From Patescibacteria group bacterium (lineage in GTDB: Bacteria; Patescibacteriota; Patescibacteriia; UBA1558; GWA2-36-10), in contig JBAYIQ010000005.1 in assembly GCA_041665545.1 (NCBI GenBank), positions 1 to 58,197 of the forward strand: a DNA stretch of 58,197 bases. The letters run 5' to 3'. A program made the translations under genes and the position numbers. Below the pieces are notes generated by a model that had not been told where the DNA came from, did not search any database, and worked only from the letters and a program-made list of their open reading frames with translations. This document shows, one piece after another, positions 42,895 through 52,494 of the stretch (the stretch's first letter is position 1; each line of letters opens with the position of its first letter).

Positions 42895-44175
42895 TCATGT
42901 TTTTTCTTTGATTCTCCTCTTTATTTTTCTTAATGTTATAAAAACAAAAAACCCAAACCACAAAACAAACAAAATCGCTGATAAATAGAGGGTTAAACCA
43001 TTAAATTTAGCTTGCGATTTTAACCTTTCAACTAAAGCTTGGAAATAATTATTTTTTTCTACCACAAAGTTTAAATTCATCCGCACTTCACTGGCCTCAC
43101 TTTTTGTTAATTGATCAATGGCGGTCACAGCCACAATCTGCCCCTTATAATAGCCAGCTTTCATGTCTAGGGGCATAGTAAACGCTAAATCAATATTTTT
43201 GGCCTTGCCCATTTCTAGGCTGACATTTTTTACATCAATTTTTAAAACATCTTTTTGATCATCGCTAAAATAAGCCGCTAGCTCCACATCTAAATCACGC
43301 TGACCAATGTTAACCAATAATAAATTTTTTATATCCCATATCTCACCCGGCTTGACTGTATGATCAAGATTATAGTCATTTGGTGAAAACATCAACTCTC
43401 CGCTAGCCCACGCCGAAAATGGCAGACCTAGAAAAAACAAGAGAGCAAAAAATTTAAGCAATCGACTGGTGCTATTTTTTTTACCTAGATAATGTTGCCT
43501 CTTTTTTTCTAACAATCTTTCAATCGCATACCTCAACATAGTGCGAGGCATTGTTTTATAATTTTTATCCAAAAAATTAAGCAAAATCTGCTCATCACAG
43601 CGCTTGCCAACTTCTCTCAGCATCCAACCAACGGCTTTCTGGATCAAATCGTGCTTATCGTGTAGCAAAATATTGGCTATTTTTATAGTTTCTTTAGATT
43701 GACAGTAATAAATAAATTGAAAAGTTGCTAAAATAGCTATACGCCTTTGCCAAAGATTTTTGCTTTTGGCTAATTTGTACAAAATATTTTTTGGTTTATC
43801 AGCCAAATAAGCGCCCACTATACGTGGAGCTGTCAAATCTACTAAATCCCAATTATTTATATATTTATAATTTTTTAAATACAAACCAAAAATTTGCTTC
43901 TGTTTTTTGCTATCCCCCTTTTTATATTGTTCAACCAAAATTAATAAAGCGCAAAGGCGTTCTTCATGGATTTTAGAATGCAACAACTCGCTGACTTGCT
44001 TAAGCGGTAAATCAGAGTATTGTTTAGAGACTTTTCTAATGTCGGGCACCACTACGCCAATGAATTTGTCACCCTCGCTGTATTGTCCTTTACCAGTTTT
44101 AAAAAATCTCTGCAAAATTTTGGCTTTGCTCGACTTAGATAATTTTTTTAGGTCTTTTTTAACATTGGCTACCAT
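42895..44175 (-). CDS. AlkD-like DNA alkylation-repair domain fused to a signal/TM plus exported domain plus TM
   Basis: The N-terminal ~230 aa match the DNA_alkylation/AlkD HEAT-like family by eye (ILQRFFKTGKGQYSEGDKF.G, NNWDLVD, LWQRRIAILATF, QKAVGWMLREVGK). Then come LLKFFALLFFLGLPFSAWA, a ~140-aa beta-rich segment and a C-terminal TM helix. Confidence 0.6.
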   Translation of the reverse strand: MVANVKKDLKKLSKSSKAKILQRFFKTGKGQYSEGDKFIGVVVPDIRKVSKQYSDLPLKQVSELLHSKIHEERLCALLILVEQYKKGDSKKQKQIFGLYLKNYKYINNWDLVDLTAPRIVGAYLADKPKNILYKLAKSKNLWQRRIAILATFQFIYYCQSKETIKIANILLHDKHDLIQKAVGWMLREVGKRCDEQILLNFLDKNYKTMPRTMLRYAIERLLEKKRQHYLGKKNSTSRLLKFFALLFFLGLPFSAWASGELMFSPNDYNLDHTVKPGEIWDIKNLLLVNIGQRDLDVELAAYFSDDQKDVLKIDVKNVSLEMGKAKNIDLAFTMPLDMKAGYYKGQIVAVTAIDQLTKSEASEVRMNLNFVVEKNNYFQALVERLKSQAKFNGLTLYLSAILFVLWFGFFVFITLRKIKRRIKEKT

Positions 44176-44267
44176 AAACTAATTTTAACTTAAATTCTAA
44201 ATAAACAAAAGCGACCCGCCTCGCCCTGCAGATGCAGTGGCGAGCTGAGCCGCATCAAAAAATTAAA

Positions 44268-45548
44268 TTAACTACCAAAATTCATTAATACTTCTGGTTT
44301 AAATATCATGAGCAAGCCAATGACCAACATCAAAATGCCACCAATCAATCGCGAAGCTCTGGTGTATTTGGTGGTCAAACCAGTAGCTTGTAAAGTAAAC
44401 ATAGCAATAAAGAAAACAACCAAATCATCCAGCATAAAAAAGAATATGTAGAGTAAAATATAGCCATAATAATGCCAGCCAGTCATATTATTCATGGCTA
44501 GCATCTGAGTATAAACTGCTGGAAAGCCAGCTGAGCATAATAACTCGATCAAATTGACCATAAAAGCCAAGGCCATGATACCAAACAAAGCTAACCAAAA
44601 ATTTTGATGTGAAACGTAACCCTTTAGCTTATCCATGGTTTTCTTTTTTTTCTGAACATCACCAACTTCACAGGATGCGTCTTTGTTTTTGTAAAAATCT
44701 TTGAGACTATAGCCAGCGCCCATTAAGGCAACTAGACCAATCAATATTTTTACCCAAGCTACTACTCCGATAAATAAAAAGATGTTAAGCCAAGCCACCA
44801 TAAATAGAAAATAAACCGCGGCTGAAGCTACTATAAAAGATGAGCCCAATATCCACATCCTTTTCCTGTTTTGCATACCGATCAGCAAGCTGATCAAAAA
44901 AACCAAAGTCCACATAGCGCAGGGATTGAAGCCGTCCAAAGCACCAATGATAATTGTCAAAACTGGCAAAGAAAACTTAGCCATATCAATCTTACCAAAT
45001 ATACCAGCGTCTATTTTTCCAACTGCTTTTGATTTATCTTGCTGGCTGGGATCATCTTTTTTATCAATACTTGCTTCCTCGATTATTTTTAGAGCTGGCA
45101 CTATAGAAGCCACAGAATCCGGACAAATGCCCCCCACACATTCTTTGATTCTGGCTTCTATCTTAGGAGCAGTATAGCTTTCATCAAAACCAGTGAAATA
45201 TTGATCACCAATAATAGTAAAGGGCACGCCGCCAACATTAGCTTGGAGTTTTTTAGCTACTTCAATCATCAAACTAGCATTGCTTTGATGATTCCAGACC
45301 TCAAACCTCTGTATTCTTAAGTCCGGATATTTGGACTCAATGCTTTTCAAAAATACTTCTTCTTTGGCGCAATGCGGACAGCCATCGCCCCAAAATAAGT
45401 ACAAATTTGTTTTAGCTGAGCTGGAACCAGTTATTTCTATACCTTGGTTGTTTGTTTGATTATTCTCAGAGTTGCTAAACTTAACAATCACAAAAAGAAA
45501 TACAACAACTAATAACGCTCCCAAATAAAGATACTTATATTTGCCCAT
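44268..45548 (-). CDS. Thioredoxin-fold plus DsbD/CcdA-like membrane thiol-disulfide transporter
   Basis: 426 aa. N-terminal anchor, CPHC thioredoxin-like domain, then a polytopic domain with Cys in FNPCAMW and ELLCSAGFP. Confidence 0.6.
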   Translation of the reverse strand: MGKYKYLYLGALLVVVFLFVIVKFSNSENNQTNNQGIEITGSSSAKTNLYLFWGDGCPHCAKEEVFLKSIESKYPDLRIQRFEVWNHQSNASLMIEVAKKLQANVGGVPFTIIGDQYFTGFDESYTAPKIEARIKECVGGICPDSVASIVPALKIIEEASIDKKDDPSQQDKSKAVGKIDAGIFGKIDMAKFSLPVLTIIIGALDGFNPCAMWTLVFLISLLIGMQNRKRMWILGSSFIVASAAVYFLFMVAWLNIFLFIGVVAWVKILIGLVALMGAGYSLKDFYKNKDASCEVGDVQKKKKTMDKLKGYVSHQNFWLALFGIMALAFMVNLIELLCSAGFPAVYTQMLAMNNMTGWHYYGYILLYIFFFMLDDLVVFFIAMFTLQATGLTTKYTRASRLIGGILMLVIGLLMIFKPEVLMNFGS

Positions 45549-45605
45549 ATATATTAATTTATTTTATTAAGCTTTTTTATAAAAAATTAAAACTACTAAT
45601 ATTTT

Positions 45606-46079
45606 TTAATCATCTTCTTCCTCATCATCATTGCCAACCACATTAGTATTTTGATTTGTGTTAGCTGGTGGTATGGCCACCGCATCTGTAGAAACAGTTG
45701 ATCCGATTATACCGATCTTGTAACTAGCCAAAATATTGCTAGCATTAGCCGAATGACCCTGAGTAGCAAAGGCAGCGGCAATATCGCCTCCGCAATATTT
45801 AATAATGTTTGATTGCCCACCGGGATGTGATTTTATATATGATGTCACATTATAGACATTATTGCCAGCTGTCACCCAGCAGTCAGAAGCCATATTGTGT
45901 TGGGTTACTATAGCAGTAGTTAGAGTATATGTCACTGGCGCGATATTGGCAGGATTGTTGGTTAATAAATTTCCTAGGTTGGTTAAACTTCCATTATTTT
46001 GTCTTACTAAACTATTAACAAAAAAAATGCTGACTGCTCCCCAAAAGATAAATACCGCTATAATTATTATTTTATTCAT
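45606..46079 (-). CDS. Membrane-anchored cytochrome b5-like haem-binding domain protein
   Basis: 157 aa. N-terminal TM helix, HNMASDCWVTAGNNVYNVTSYIKSHPGG (the b5-type HPGG motif) and an acidic C-terminus. Confidence 0.65.
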   Translation of the reverse strand: MNKIIIIAVFIFWGAVSIFFVNSLVRQNNGSLTNLGNLLTNNPANIAPVTYTLTTAIVTQHNMASDCWVTAGNNVYNVTSYIKSHPGGQSNIIKYCGGDIAAAFATQGHSANASNILASYKIGIIGSTVSTDAVAIPPANTNQNTNVVGNDDEEEDD

Positions 46080-46187
46080 CCGGTTAGAAATTTAAATAAT
46101 TAAACTTTTTATAACTAAAGTAAAATTTTGCTAAATAATTTTTATACATATTTCTAAATATTATCCCGTGAATTTCTAACGGGATGA
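46076..46187. repeat. ~110-bp inverted-repeat intergenic element, copy C
   Basis: Arms TCATCCGGTTAGAAATT (46076-46092) and AATTTCTAACGGGATGA (46171-46187), with one mismatch. The left arm contains the ATG of ORF 45606..46079. About 45 nt of the interior is shared with copy A. Confidence 0.85.
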
Positions 46188-46196
46188 ATATATTTA

Positions 46197-47513
46197 TTAT
46201 AACATTTTAAAAGCCTCGGGATTTATATTTTTTTTCGGAATACCTGTTCTTAGCAAAGCACTGGTCAAAGCCGACATCATGCCTACTGGCCCACAAATAT
46301 AAAAATGGCAAGCCCTAATATCAGCAACAAATTTTCCTAACTTTTCTAAATCAAAGCGCCCTTCTTTATCGGATATATAAATATTCAATTTAAATTGCGG
46401 ATAAGTTGTTTGGGCCTGCTGAAAAATATCAAGTGCCACCAAATCTTTTTCCGAAGTCACTATATAAAATAAATCCACAACACCGGCGCCAGTTTTTTTG
46501 ACACCCAAGGACTGAGCCAAACTCACAAAAGGAGTGATGCCAATGCCTCCTGCCAGCCAAATTTGATGATAATTGAGATCTAAGTTGTCGCCAAAACTAC
46601 CATAAGGTCCATCAAGCACGGCCACACTACCAACCTTGAGTTTTGCCAGCTTGGCCGTATAAGCACCAAGATTCTTGGCCATGATAGTCAAGCTGTGATC
46701 TGGATAAATTTGAGCCACTGAAAAAGGATGTTCCTCTCCTTTTTTTATATCAGGAAAGCTGACAAAAATAAATTGCCCTGGCTTGACGTCAATTATTTTT
46801 TTATCTGGCTGAAACGTGATGCTGACTATACTAGTACCTAGTTGTTCAACTTTACTCACTACAAAACGTCTAGATTTTATAGCATAACCAACCAAAAATA
46901 ATCTAACTAAATAGAGCAAAACACTAATTGATATTAACAAAATATAATAAATGGCTAACAACGGAATGCTTTTTATATCGCTGTCTATTAGTAGTGCGTG
47001 AACACCGCCAATCATCAATGGTACGGCCAAAATACTATGCAAAGATTTTAATTTTTCATATTGCAGGCGCCAAAAAAAAGTCATCAACACTAAAGCCATA
47101 AATACGAGAAGAGAAATATAGCCAAAAAGATAAGCGGTTTGAGACCAATTAGTAAAAATACCAAAAGCCGCTTGATTAGAAACTGACAAACGGCTGGCTG
47201 CCAAAAATAAAGGATGCAAAATTATAAAAGTAAAGGAAATTGTACCGAGCCAACGATGAATATTGATGACTTTTGGCAAACCATAAAAAAGCTTGTCCAG
47301 CCAGACAAAACGAGCAGACATCAGAAGCGCTAAAGAAAAAATCGATAAGCCCAACAGCCCAGATAATTTACCTAAAGTGGAAAACAAAACTGGCCAAGGA
47401 TAAAACGATCGGCTAAAAGGTACGTCTGTATACAAAATAAAAAGCGGTACTATCACAATTAGTGCCAGAATTAACAAGCTTATGTATGATTTTATGGTTT
47501 TTTGATTAACCAT
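46197..47513 (-). CDS. NOX/ferric-reductase-like flavocytochrome (FRD membrane domain plus FAD/NAD(P)H domain)
   Basis: 438 aa. Two His pairs with 13- and 12-residue spacing in TM helices (HRWLGTISFTFIILH and HSILAVPLMIGGVH). Also HPFSV (FAD), GGIGITPF (NAD(P)H) and YICGP. Confidence 0.75.
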   Translation of the reverse strand: MVNQKTIKSYISLLILALIVIVPLFILYTDVPFSRSFYPWPVLFSTLGKLSGLLGLSIFSLALLMSARFVWLDKLFYGLPKVINIHRWLGTISFTFIILHPLFLAASRLSVSNQAAFGIFTNWSQTAYLFGYISLLVFMALVLMTFFWRLQYEKLKSLHSILAVPLMIGGVHALLIDSDIKSIPLLAIYYILLISISVLLYLVRLFLVGYAIKSRRFVVSKVEQLGTSIVSITFQPDKKIIDVKPGQFIFVSFPDIKKGEEHPFSVAQIYPDHSLTIMAKNLGAYTAKLAKLKVGSVAVLDGPYGSFGDNLDLNYHQIWLAGGIGITPFVSLAQSLGVKKTGAGVVDLFYIVTSEKDLVALDIFQQAQTTYPQFKLNIYISDKEGRFDLEKLGKFVADIRACHFYICGPVGMMSALTSALLRTGIPKKNINPEAFKML

Positions 47514-47561
47514 TTATAGATTATATTATTTGTTTATTATAATTAATTATGCGCTTCTGGT

Positions 47562-47587
47562 CAAACAAAAAACAACCCGACGGGTTG
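47562..47587 (-). terminator. Terminator of the tRNA-Ser unit
   Basis: The minus strand reads CAACC-CGTCG-GGTTG followed by TTTTTTGTTTG. Confidence 0.55.
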
Positions 47588-47597
47588 AAAGTATGAC

Positions 47598-47718
47598 ATG
47601 TCTCTCGACTCGCTACGCTCGCTCAAGACACTCGATTCATGATACGAAAATGGTCGTAGGTGCTGAAAAGCACCGGAGACCACGAGTGAGTTTTTTGCTA
47701 AGCAAAAAACGAATCGAG
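47598..47718 (-). ncRNA. Conserved structured RNA directly 3' of CCA, copy 3
   Basis: The minus strand reads CTCGATTCGTTTTTTGCTTAGCAAAAAACTCACTCGTGGTCTCCGGTGCTTTTCAGCACCTACGACCATT...GAATCGAGTG, plus a GAGCGAGCGTAGCGAGTCGA hairpin. It shows compensatory changes relative to copies 1 and 2. Confidence 0.6.
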
Positions 47719-47808
47719 TGGCGGAGAGGACAGGATTTGAACCTGCGAGGGATTTTACTCCCTACTCGCTTTCCAAGCGAGCGCACTAGACCACTATGCG
47801 ACCTCTCC
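47719..47808 (-). tRNA. tRNA-Ser(GGA), class II, CCA encoded
   Basis: 90-nt hand-folded cloverleaf. Acceptor GGAGAGG/CCTCTCC, anticodon loop TTGGAAA and a long variable arm. Confidence 0.9.
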
Positions 47809-47826
47809 ATATTATAAATATTATTT

Positions 47827-47880
47827 ACGCTTTTCCCGCCCGCCCCGCAGCGCGGGGCAAGCGGGATATGCGACCTCTCC
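47827..47880 (-). ncRNA. Leader module: copy of tRNA-Ser nt 1-14 plus a GC-rich nested hairpin
   Basis: GGAGAGGTCGCATA (complement of 47867-47880) is identical to the tRNA 5' end (47795-47808). It is followed by CCCGC-TT-GCCCCGC-GCT-GCGGGGC-G-GGCGGG. Confidence 0.6.
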
Positions 47881-47900
47881 CTATTAAATAAACCTAGTAC

Positions 47901-47929
47901 AATATAAACGAAACTCACGTATTAGTCAA
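47901..47929 (-). promoter_or_regulatory. Sigma70-type promoter of the tRNA-Ser unit
   Basis: Minus strand: TTGACT (47924-47929), 17 nt, TATATT (47901-47906). Confidence 0.6.
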
Positions 47930-47960
47930 TGAGCTGTGCTTAAAAAAATTATTTACAAGT

Positions 47961-48260
47961 TTATTCTTTTTTCTTATCCAAGCGATCCAGTTTCAAAATT
48001 CTGACACCAAAATAAACAACCAAGGCAACAATAATAAAATCTATCACTGTGTTCACAAAAGCGCCAAACATAATTTTATTTTCACCAAGCTGCCAAGCTA
48101 ATTGATCTAAATTGGCGCCACCTAGCAATGAACCAATCAAGGGATTGATAATATCATTGACCAAACCAGAAACTACTTTGGAAATAGCGCCACCAAGTAT
48201 GAAACCAACAGCCAACCCAACAACTCCCTGCTCTCTAATAAAGTTTATAAATCCTTTCAT
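47961..48260 (-). CDS. mscL: Large-conductance mechanosensitive channel
   Basis: 99 aa. FINFIREQGVVGLAVGFILGGA...INPLIG is the MscL signature. Confidence 0.9.
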   Translation of the reverse strand: MKGFINFIREQGVVGLAVGFILGGAISKVVSGLVNDIINPLIGSLLGGANLDQLAWQLGENKIMFGAFVNTVIDFIIVALVVYFGVRILKLDRLDKKKE

Positions 48261-48265
48261 ATTTT

Positions 48266-48402
48266 ACCCCGTTAAATAATTTTTATCGGGTCCAGCTCGA
48301 TAAAAATTAAATTTAATTAATAATAATTAAAAAATTGAATTGTTATAATTATTTTTTTGGTTTATTTTTATGCCCCAATAAATTAAATTTATTTAACGGG
48401 GT
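48266..48402. repeat. Related inverted-repeat intergenic element, copy D (longer and diverged)
   Basis: Arms ACCCCGTTAAATAA (48266-48279) and TTATTTAACGGGGT (48389-48402). It fills the cca-mscL spacer from the cca stop codon to 5 nt before the mscL ATG. Confidence 0.6.
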
Positions 48403-49970
48403 TAATCTGTTAATAATAACTTTTCTAATTTACCCATGGCCTCTGTAACGTCTTTTATGCCAGATAATACTTGAATAATATCTTCCTGACTAAAACCACG
48501 ATTATCTCTCAATTCTCTACTCAAATATATCAAGCGCCCAATCTCTGGACCAGGGGCAAAGCCCATTTGCAAAAAATCTCTACCCCACATTATCTCTGGC
48601 GCCACTTGTCGATCAACGCCAATACTTTCAGCTTTAGCTATCAACCACTCAACTAATTCTTTTATCTTTTCCTTATCTTCTCTTCGAGTAGCTCGATAGT
48701 CAGCTTCTGACAAAAAAGCTGACTCTCTGATACTAGACGGCGCCAAATCTCTAGCCAAACGACGAAAAACACCATCTTTTATTTCACGATTTTGCAACAT
48801 GTCATTATACAAATACATCGGTCTCATGTGATGACGCACCAAAGGCAAAACTCGTGCTTCTGTGGCCCCATCTACCCTGATGCTGTCTAAAAAAACTTTA
48901 GTCAAACCAACGCTGGCCAAATCGTGACCGTGAGCAATTATTTTTCCGTCTTTTTCCTCGGTTGTTTTTGCTTTACCCAAATCATGACACAGAGTAGCCA
49001 GCATCAAAGGCCATATTTCCTGATCAGTTAATTTCTCTCGCCTAGCAATGTCCATCATTTCATCAACCGCCAACAAAGTATGCTCCCAGACATTACCTTC
49101 CGGATGAATTTTGGGGTCTTGTGGCGTTTCCTGCAAAGCTAAAAATTCTGGATGCAACTCTTTAAAAACGCCTAGCTCCACACCGGCTTGCAAACCCCTT
49201 GATGGTTTATCGGATTTTAACAAAAGCTTACGCCATTCTTCATAAATTCTCTCCTCTGATAAATGTTTTAAACTATCAGCCATGCTGCTCATCACTCGAC
49301 GACTATCCTCATCCATAGTCAAATCAAAGCGACCAATCATTTGCATGGCTCGCAATACTCTAACTGGATCTTCGGAAAATGTTTTTTCGTCGACAATCCG
49401 CAAAGTTTTATTTTTTAAATCATCTATTCCGTGATATGGATCAAATACTTGTCCAGTCAATGGATCAGCTAAAATAGCGTTGATGGTAAAATCACGACGC
49501 CGTGTTGCCTCGGATATTGACATATAAGGATCAGACTGTGCGGAAATGCCCCTTCCACGCTTTGATTCAGTTTTTGAATCGCGACGCGGTAATGACACAT
49601 CAATCTCAAAGCCGTCTTTGATAGAAAGTTTAAGAACGCTAAAGGCTTTTCCCACTTCCCCTAAACGACCAAAAGGTCGTAATAAACCTTCCAATTTATC
49701 TGCTTCTAAACCATAGACTTCAATATCAAAATCTTTTGATTCTACATCGAGCAATATATCTCGCACACTACCGCCAACCAGCAAAGCGCGTCCGCCAGCT
49801 TCCTGAACGGCCCGACAGATTCTTGTCACAGCTTCGTAAGTTTCGGCCTGTTTTTCCAAACCCCTTTCCTGCCATTCAGCAATATAGTTTTCAGGCAAAG
49901 CCAAACTGACAGCCGTGTCATCCACTTCCTTGGTTGGAATAATTTTTTCTGGTGTTTCTGAATTTGGCAT
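48402..49970 (-). CDS. cca: CCA-adding tRNA nucleotidyltransferase with an HD domain
   Basis: 522 aa with LLVGGSVRDILL...DFDIEV (the nucleotidyltransferase motif) and an HD region (LCHDLGK). Confidence 0.8.
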   Translation of the reverse strand: MPNSETPEKIIPTKEVDDTAVSLALPENYIAEWQERGLEKQAETYEAVTRICRAVQEAGGRALLVGGSVRDILLDVESKDFDIEVYGLEADKLEGLLRPFGRLGEVGKAFSVLKLSIKDGFEIDVSLPRRDSKTESKRGRGISAQSDPYMSISEATRRRDFTINAILADPLTGQVFDPYHGIDDLKNKTLRIVDEKTFSEDPVRVLRAMQMIGRFDLTMDEDSRRVMSSMADSLKHLSEERIYEEWRKLLLKSDKPSRGLQAGVELGVFKELHPEFLALQETPQDPKIHPEGNVWEHTLLAVDEMMDIARREKLTDQEIWPLMLATLCHDLGKAKTTEEKDGKIIAHGHDLASVGLTKVFLDSIRVDGATEARVLPLVRHHMRPMYLYNDMLQNREIKDGVFRRLARDLAPSSIRESAFLSEADYRATRREDKEKIKELVEWLIAKAESIGVDRQVAPEIMWGRDFLQMGFAPGPEIGRLIYLSRELRDNRGFSQEDIIQVLSGIKDVTEAMGKLEKLLLTD

Positions 49971-50032
49971 ATTAATAAAAATCAGCTAATTGTAAAAAAC
50001 AAATCACTGATTTTCAAATAACAAAATTAAAA

Positions 50033-52423
50033 TTATTTTCTTTTCCGACTTTCAACTTGCTTGATAGCCAAAGTGGTTTTGATCACTGTGTCGGGATTCA
50101 AAGAAATTGAATCAATACCTTCTCTGACCAAAAATTGCGCAAAATCTGGAAAGTCAGATGGCGCTTGTCCGCAAATACCAATTTTTCTTTTATTCTTTTT
50201 GGCTGTCTTGATTACTTGGCTGATCAAAGATTTGACGGCTTGGTTACGTTCGTCATAAACATGAGCCACAATTTGTGAATCGCGATCCACGCCTAAAGTA
50301 AGCTGAGTCAAATCATTGGAACCAATAGAAAAGCCATCAAATATCTGACAAAATTCTTCAGCCAAAATTACATTGGATGGTATTTCACACATAACATAAA
50401 CCTCCAAACCACCCACTCCCCGCCTCAAGCCGTGTTTGGCCATGATGGCCAAAACTTTTTTGCCTTCCTCGATAGTCCGACAAAATGGCACCATGATTTT
50501 CAAATTCCTCAAACCCATGTCTTCTCGGACTTTAACTAGGGCTTTGCACTCCAACTCAAAAGCCGCTATGTATTTGGGATCATAGTATCTAGAAGCTCCC
50601 CGCCAGCCAATCATGGGGTTGGACTCCACTGGCTCAAACTCGGTACCGCCAATCAAATTGGCATATTCATTGGATTTGAAATCTGACAAACGAACGATTA
50701 CATCTTTGGGATAAAAACTAGCAGCAATTCTCGCCACGCCTTCGGCTAGTCGATCCACAAAAAATTGTGTTTTATTCGGATAAGCCGCGGTTAATTTTTC
50801 AATCTCGCGCTTAGCTTTTTTATTTTTCAATTTATGGAAATTGAGTAAAGCCAAAGGATGGATTTTGATGTATGAAGTAATAATAAATTCTTCACGAGCC
50901 AAACCCACGCCATCATTGGGAATAAAACTCTGGGCCATAGCCATTTCTGGATTGCCGATATTCATCATAATTTTGGTGCGAGTTCTTTTTATTTTTTTCA
51001 AATCAGTTTCTTTGATTTGAAATTTCAACAAGCCATTATAAATATAACCACGCTCGCCTTCAGCACAACTGATGGTCACGGGTTGTTTGTTTTTGACTTT
51101 TTCCGTAGCATCAACTGTGCCAACCACACAAGGGATGCCTAGCTCACGAGAAATAATCGCGGCATGACAAGTGCGTCCACCAGCATTGGTGACAATAGCC
51201 GCGGCTTTTTTCATAATCGGCTCCCAATCTGGATCAGTCATTTCGGTAATCAACACTTCACCTTGTTTGAAGTTACCAATTTCGGCCACATTTTTTATCA
51301 CATGAGCTGGTCCCTGACCTATCATGTTACCCACTGAAGCACCTTCGGCTAACACTTTACCACTGGTTTGCAAAATATATTCTTTGAGCTTGGTAGGATC
51401 ATCTTGTGAGCGTACAGTCTCCGGACGGGCTTGCACAATATACAATTGATTAGTCAGACCATCTTTGGCCCACTCCATGTCCATGGCTTTGTTGTAGTGC
51501 TTTTCAATAATCACTGCCCACTTAGCCAGGCGAATTACTTCCTTGTCAGTCAAAACAAATTTGTGCCTGTCTTTGGCTGGCACTTTCATATCAACAGTAG
51601 CGTGAGTGCTGCCGGCAAAATTGTAAATTAATTTTTGTTCTTTTGACCCGATACGGCGACTAATAATCGGATTCAAGCCCTTTAGTAAAGTCGGTTTGAA
51701 GACATAATATTCATCCGGATTGACTTTGCCCTTGACAATGTATTCTCCTAAGCCATAAGTAGCGTTGATCAAAACCGCGTCTTTAAATCCTGACTCGGTG
51801 TCAATCGAAAACATAACGCCCGAGCTAGCTTTGTCCGAGCGCACCATTTTCTGCACGGTGATCGAAAGCTTGATAGAAAAGTGATCAAAGCCCTTGTCCG
51901 TGCGATAAGAAATAGCCCGATCTGTAAATAAAGAAGCCACACACTTGCGACAAGCATCAAGTAGGGCTTTTTCGCCTTTGATATTCAAATATGATTCTTG
52001 TTGTCCAGCAAAAGAAGCATCAGGCAAGTCTTCGGCCGTGGCTGAACTGCGAATAGCTACGTCAGTATTGACCGTCTTGAATTGCTGAGAAAGCTGATGA
52101 TAATGATTTATAATTTCTTTTTTCAAATCATCAGGAAACTCGGCTTGCAATATTATTTTTCTAATCTGAGCACCACGCTCAGACAAATTTTTCATGTCCC
52201 CAGTATCCAAATCTTTCAAAATTTTCTTTATTTTATCTTTGACGCCACTGCTGTCCAAGAAATAATCATAAGCGGCGGCTGTCACTGCATAGCCATTGGG
52301 AATTTTGACACCAACTGGCGTCAACTTGCGATACATCTCGCCCAGTGAAGCGTTCTTGCCACCGACAATGGGTATATCTTTGATACCAATTTCATTGAAC
52401 CACAAAATAAATTTTTTTGACAT
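50033..52423 (-). CDS. ppsA: Phosphoenolpyruvate synthase
   Basis: 796 aa. N-terminus GGKNASLGEM, phospho-His region GGRTCHAAIISRELGIP and a C-terminal PEP-utilising TIM barrel. Confidence 0.9.
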   Translation of the reverse strand: MSKKFILWFNEIGIKDIPIVGGKNASLGEMYRKLTPVGVKIPNGYAVTAAAYDYFLDSSGVKDKIKKILKDLDTGDMKNLSERGAQIRKIILQAEFPDDLKKEIINHYHQLSQQFKTVNTDVAIRSSATAEDLPDASFAGQQESYLNIKGEKALLDACRKCVASLFTDRAISYRTDKGFDHFSIKLSITVQKMVRSDKASSGVMFSIDTESGFKDAVLINATYGLGEYIVKGKVNPDEYYVFKPTLLKGLNPIISRRIGSKEQKLIYNFAGSTHATVDMKVPAKDRHKFVLTDKEVIRLAKWAVIIEKHYNKAMDMEWAKDGLTNQLYIVQARPETVRSQDDPTKLKEYILQTSGKVLAEGASVGNMIGQGPAHVIKNVAEIGNFKQGEVLITEMTDPDWEPIMKKAAAIVTNAGGRTCHAAIISRELGIPCVVGTVDATEKVKNKQPVTISCAEGERGYIYNGLLKFQIKETDLKKIKRTRTKIMMNIGNPEMAMAQSFIPNDGVGLAREEFIITSYIKIHPLALLNFHKLKNKKAKREIEKLTAAYPNKTQFFVDRLAEGVARIAASFYPKDVIVRLSDFKSNEYANLIGGTEFEPVESNPMIGWRGASRYYDPKYIAAFELECKALVKVREDMGLRNLKIMVPFCRTIEEGKKVLAIMAKHGLRRGVGGLEVYVMCEIPSNVILAEEFCQIFDGFSIGSNDLTQLTLGVDRDSQIVAHVYDERNQAVKSLISQVIKTAKKNKRKIGICGQAPSDFPDFAQFLVREGIDSISLNPDTVIKTTLAIKQVESRKRK

Positions 52424-52494
52424 AAATCTCTAGATTAAAAAATGACGGCACAAATAAATATCAGCCAGCCGTGTGGCAAAAATTTTATTATTTA

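Noticed and set aside
47530-47918. ORFs 47530..47817+ and 47637..47918- around tRNA-Ser
   Set aside because: Both are read through the tRNA-Ser gene and its flanking RNA modules.
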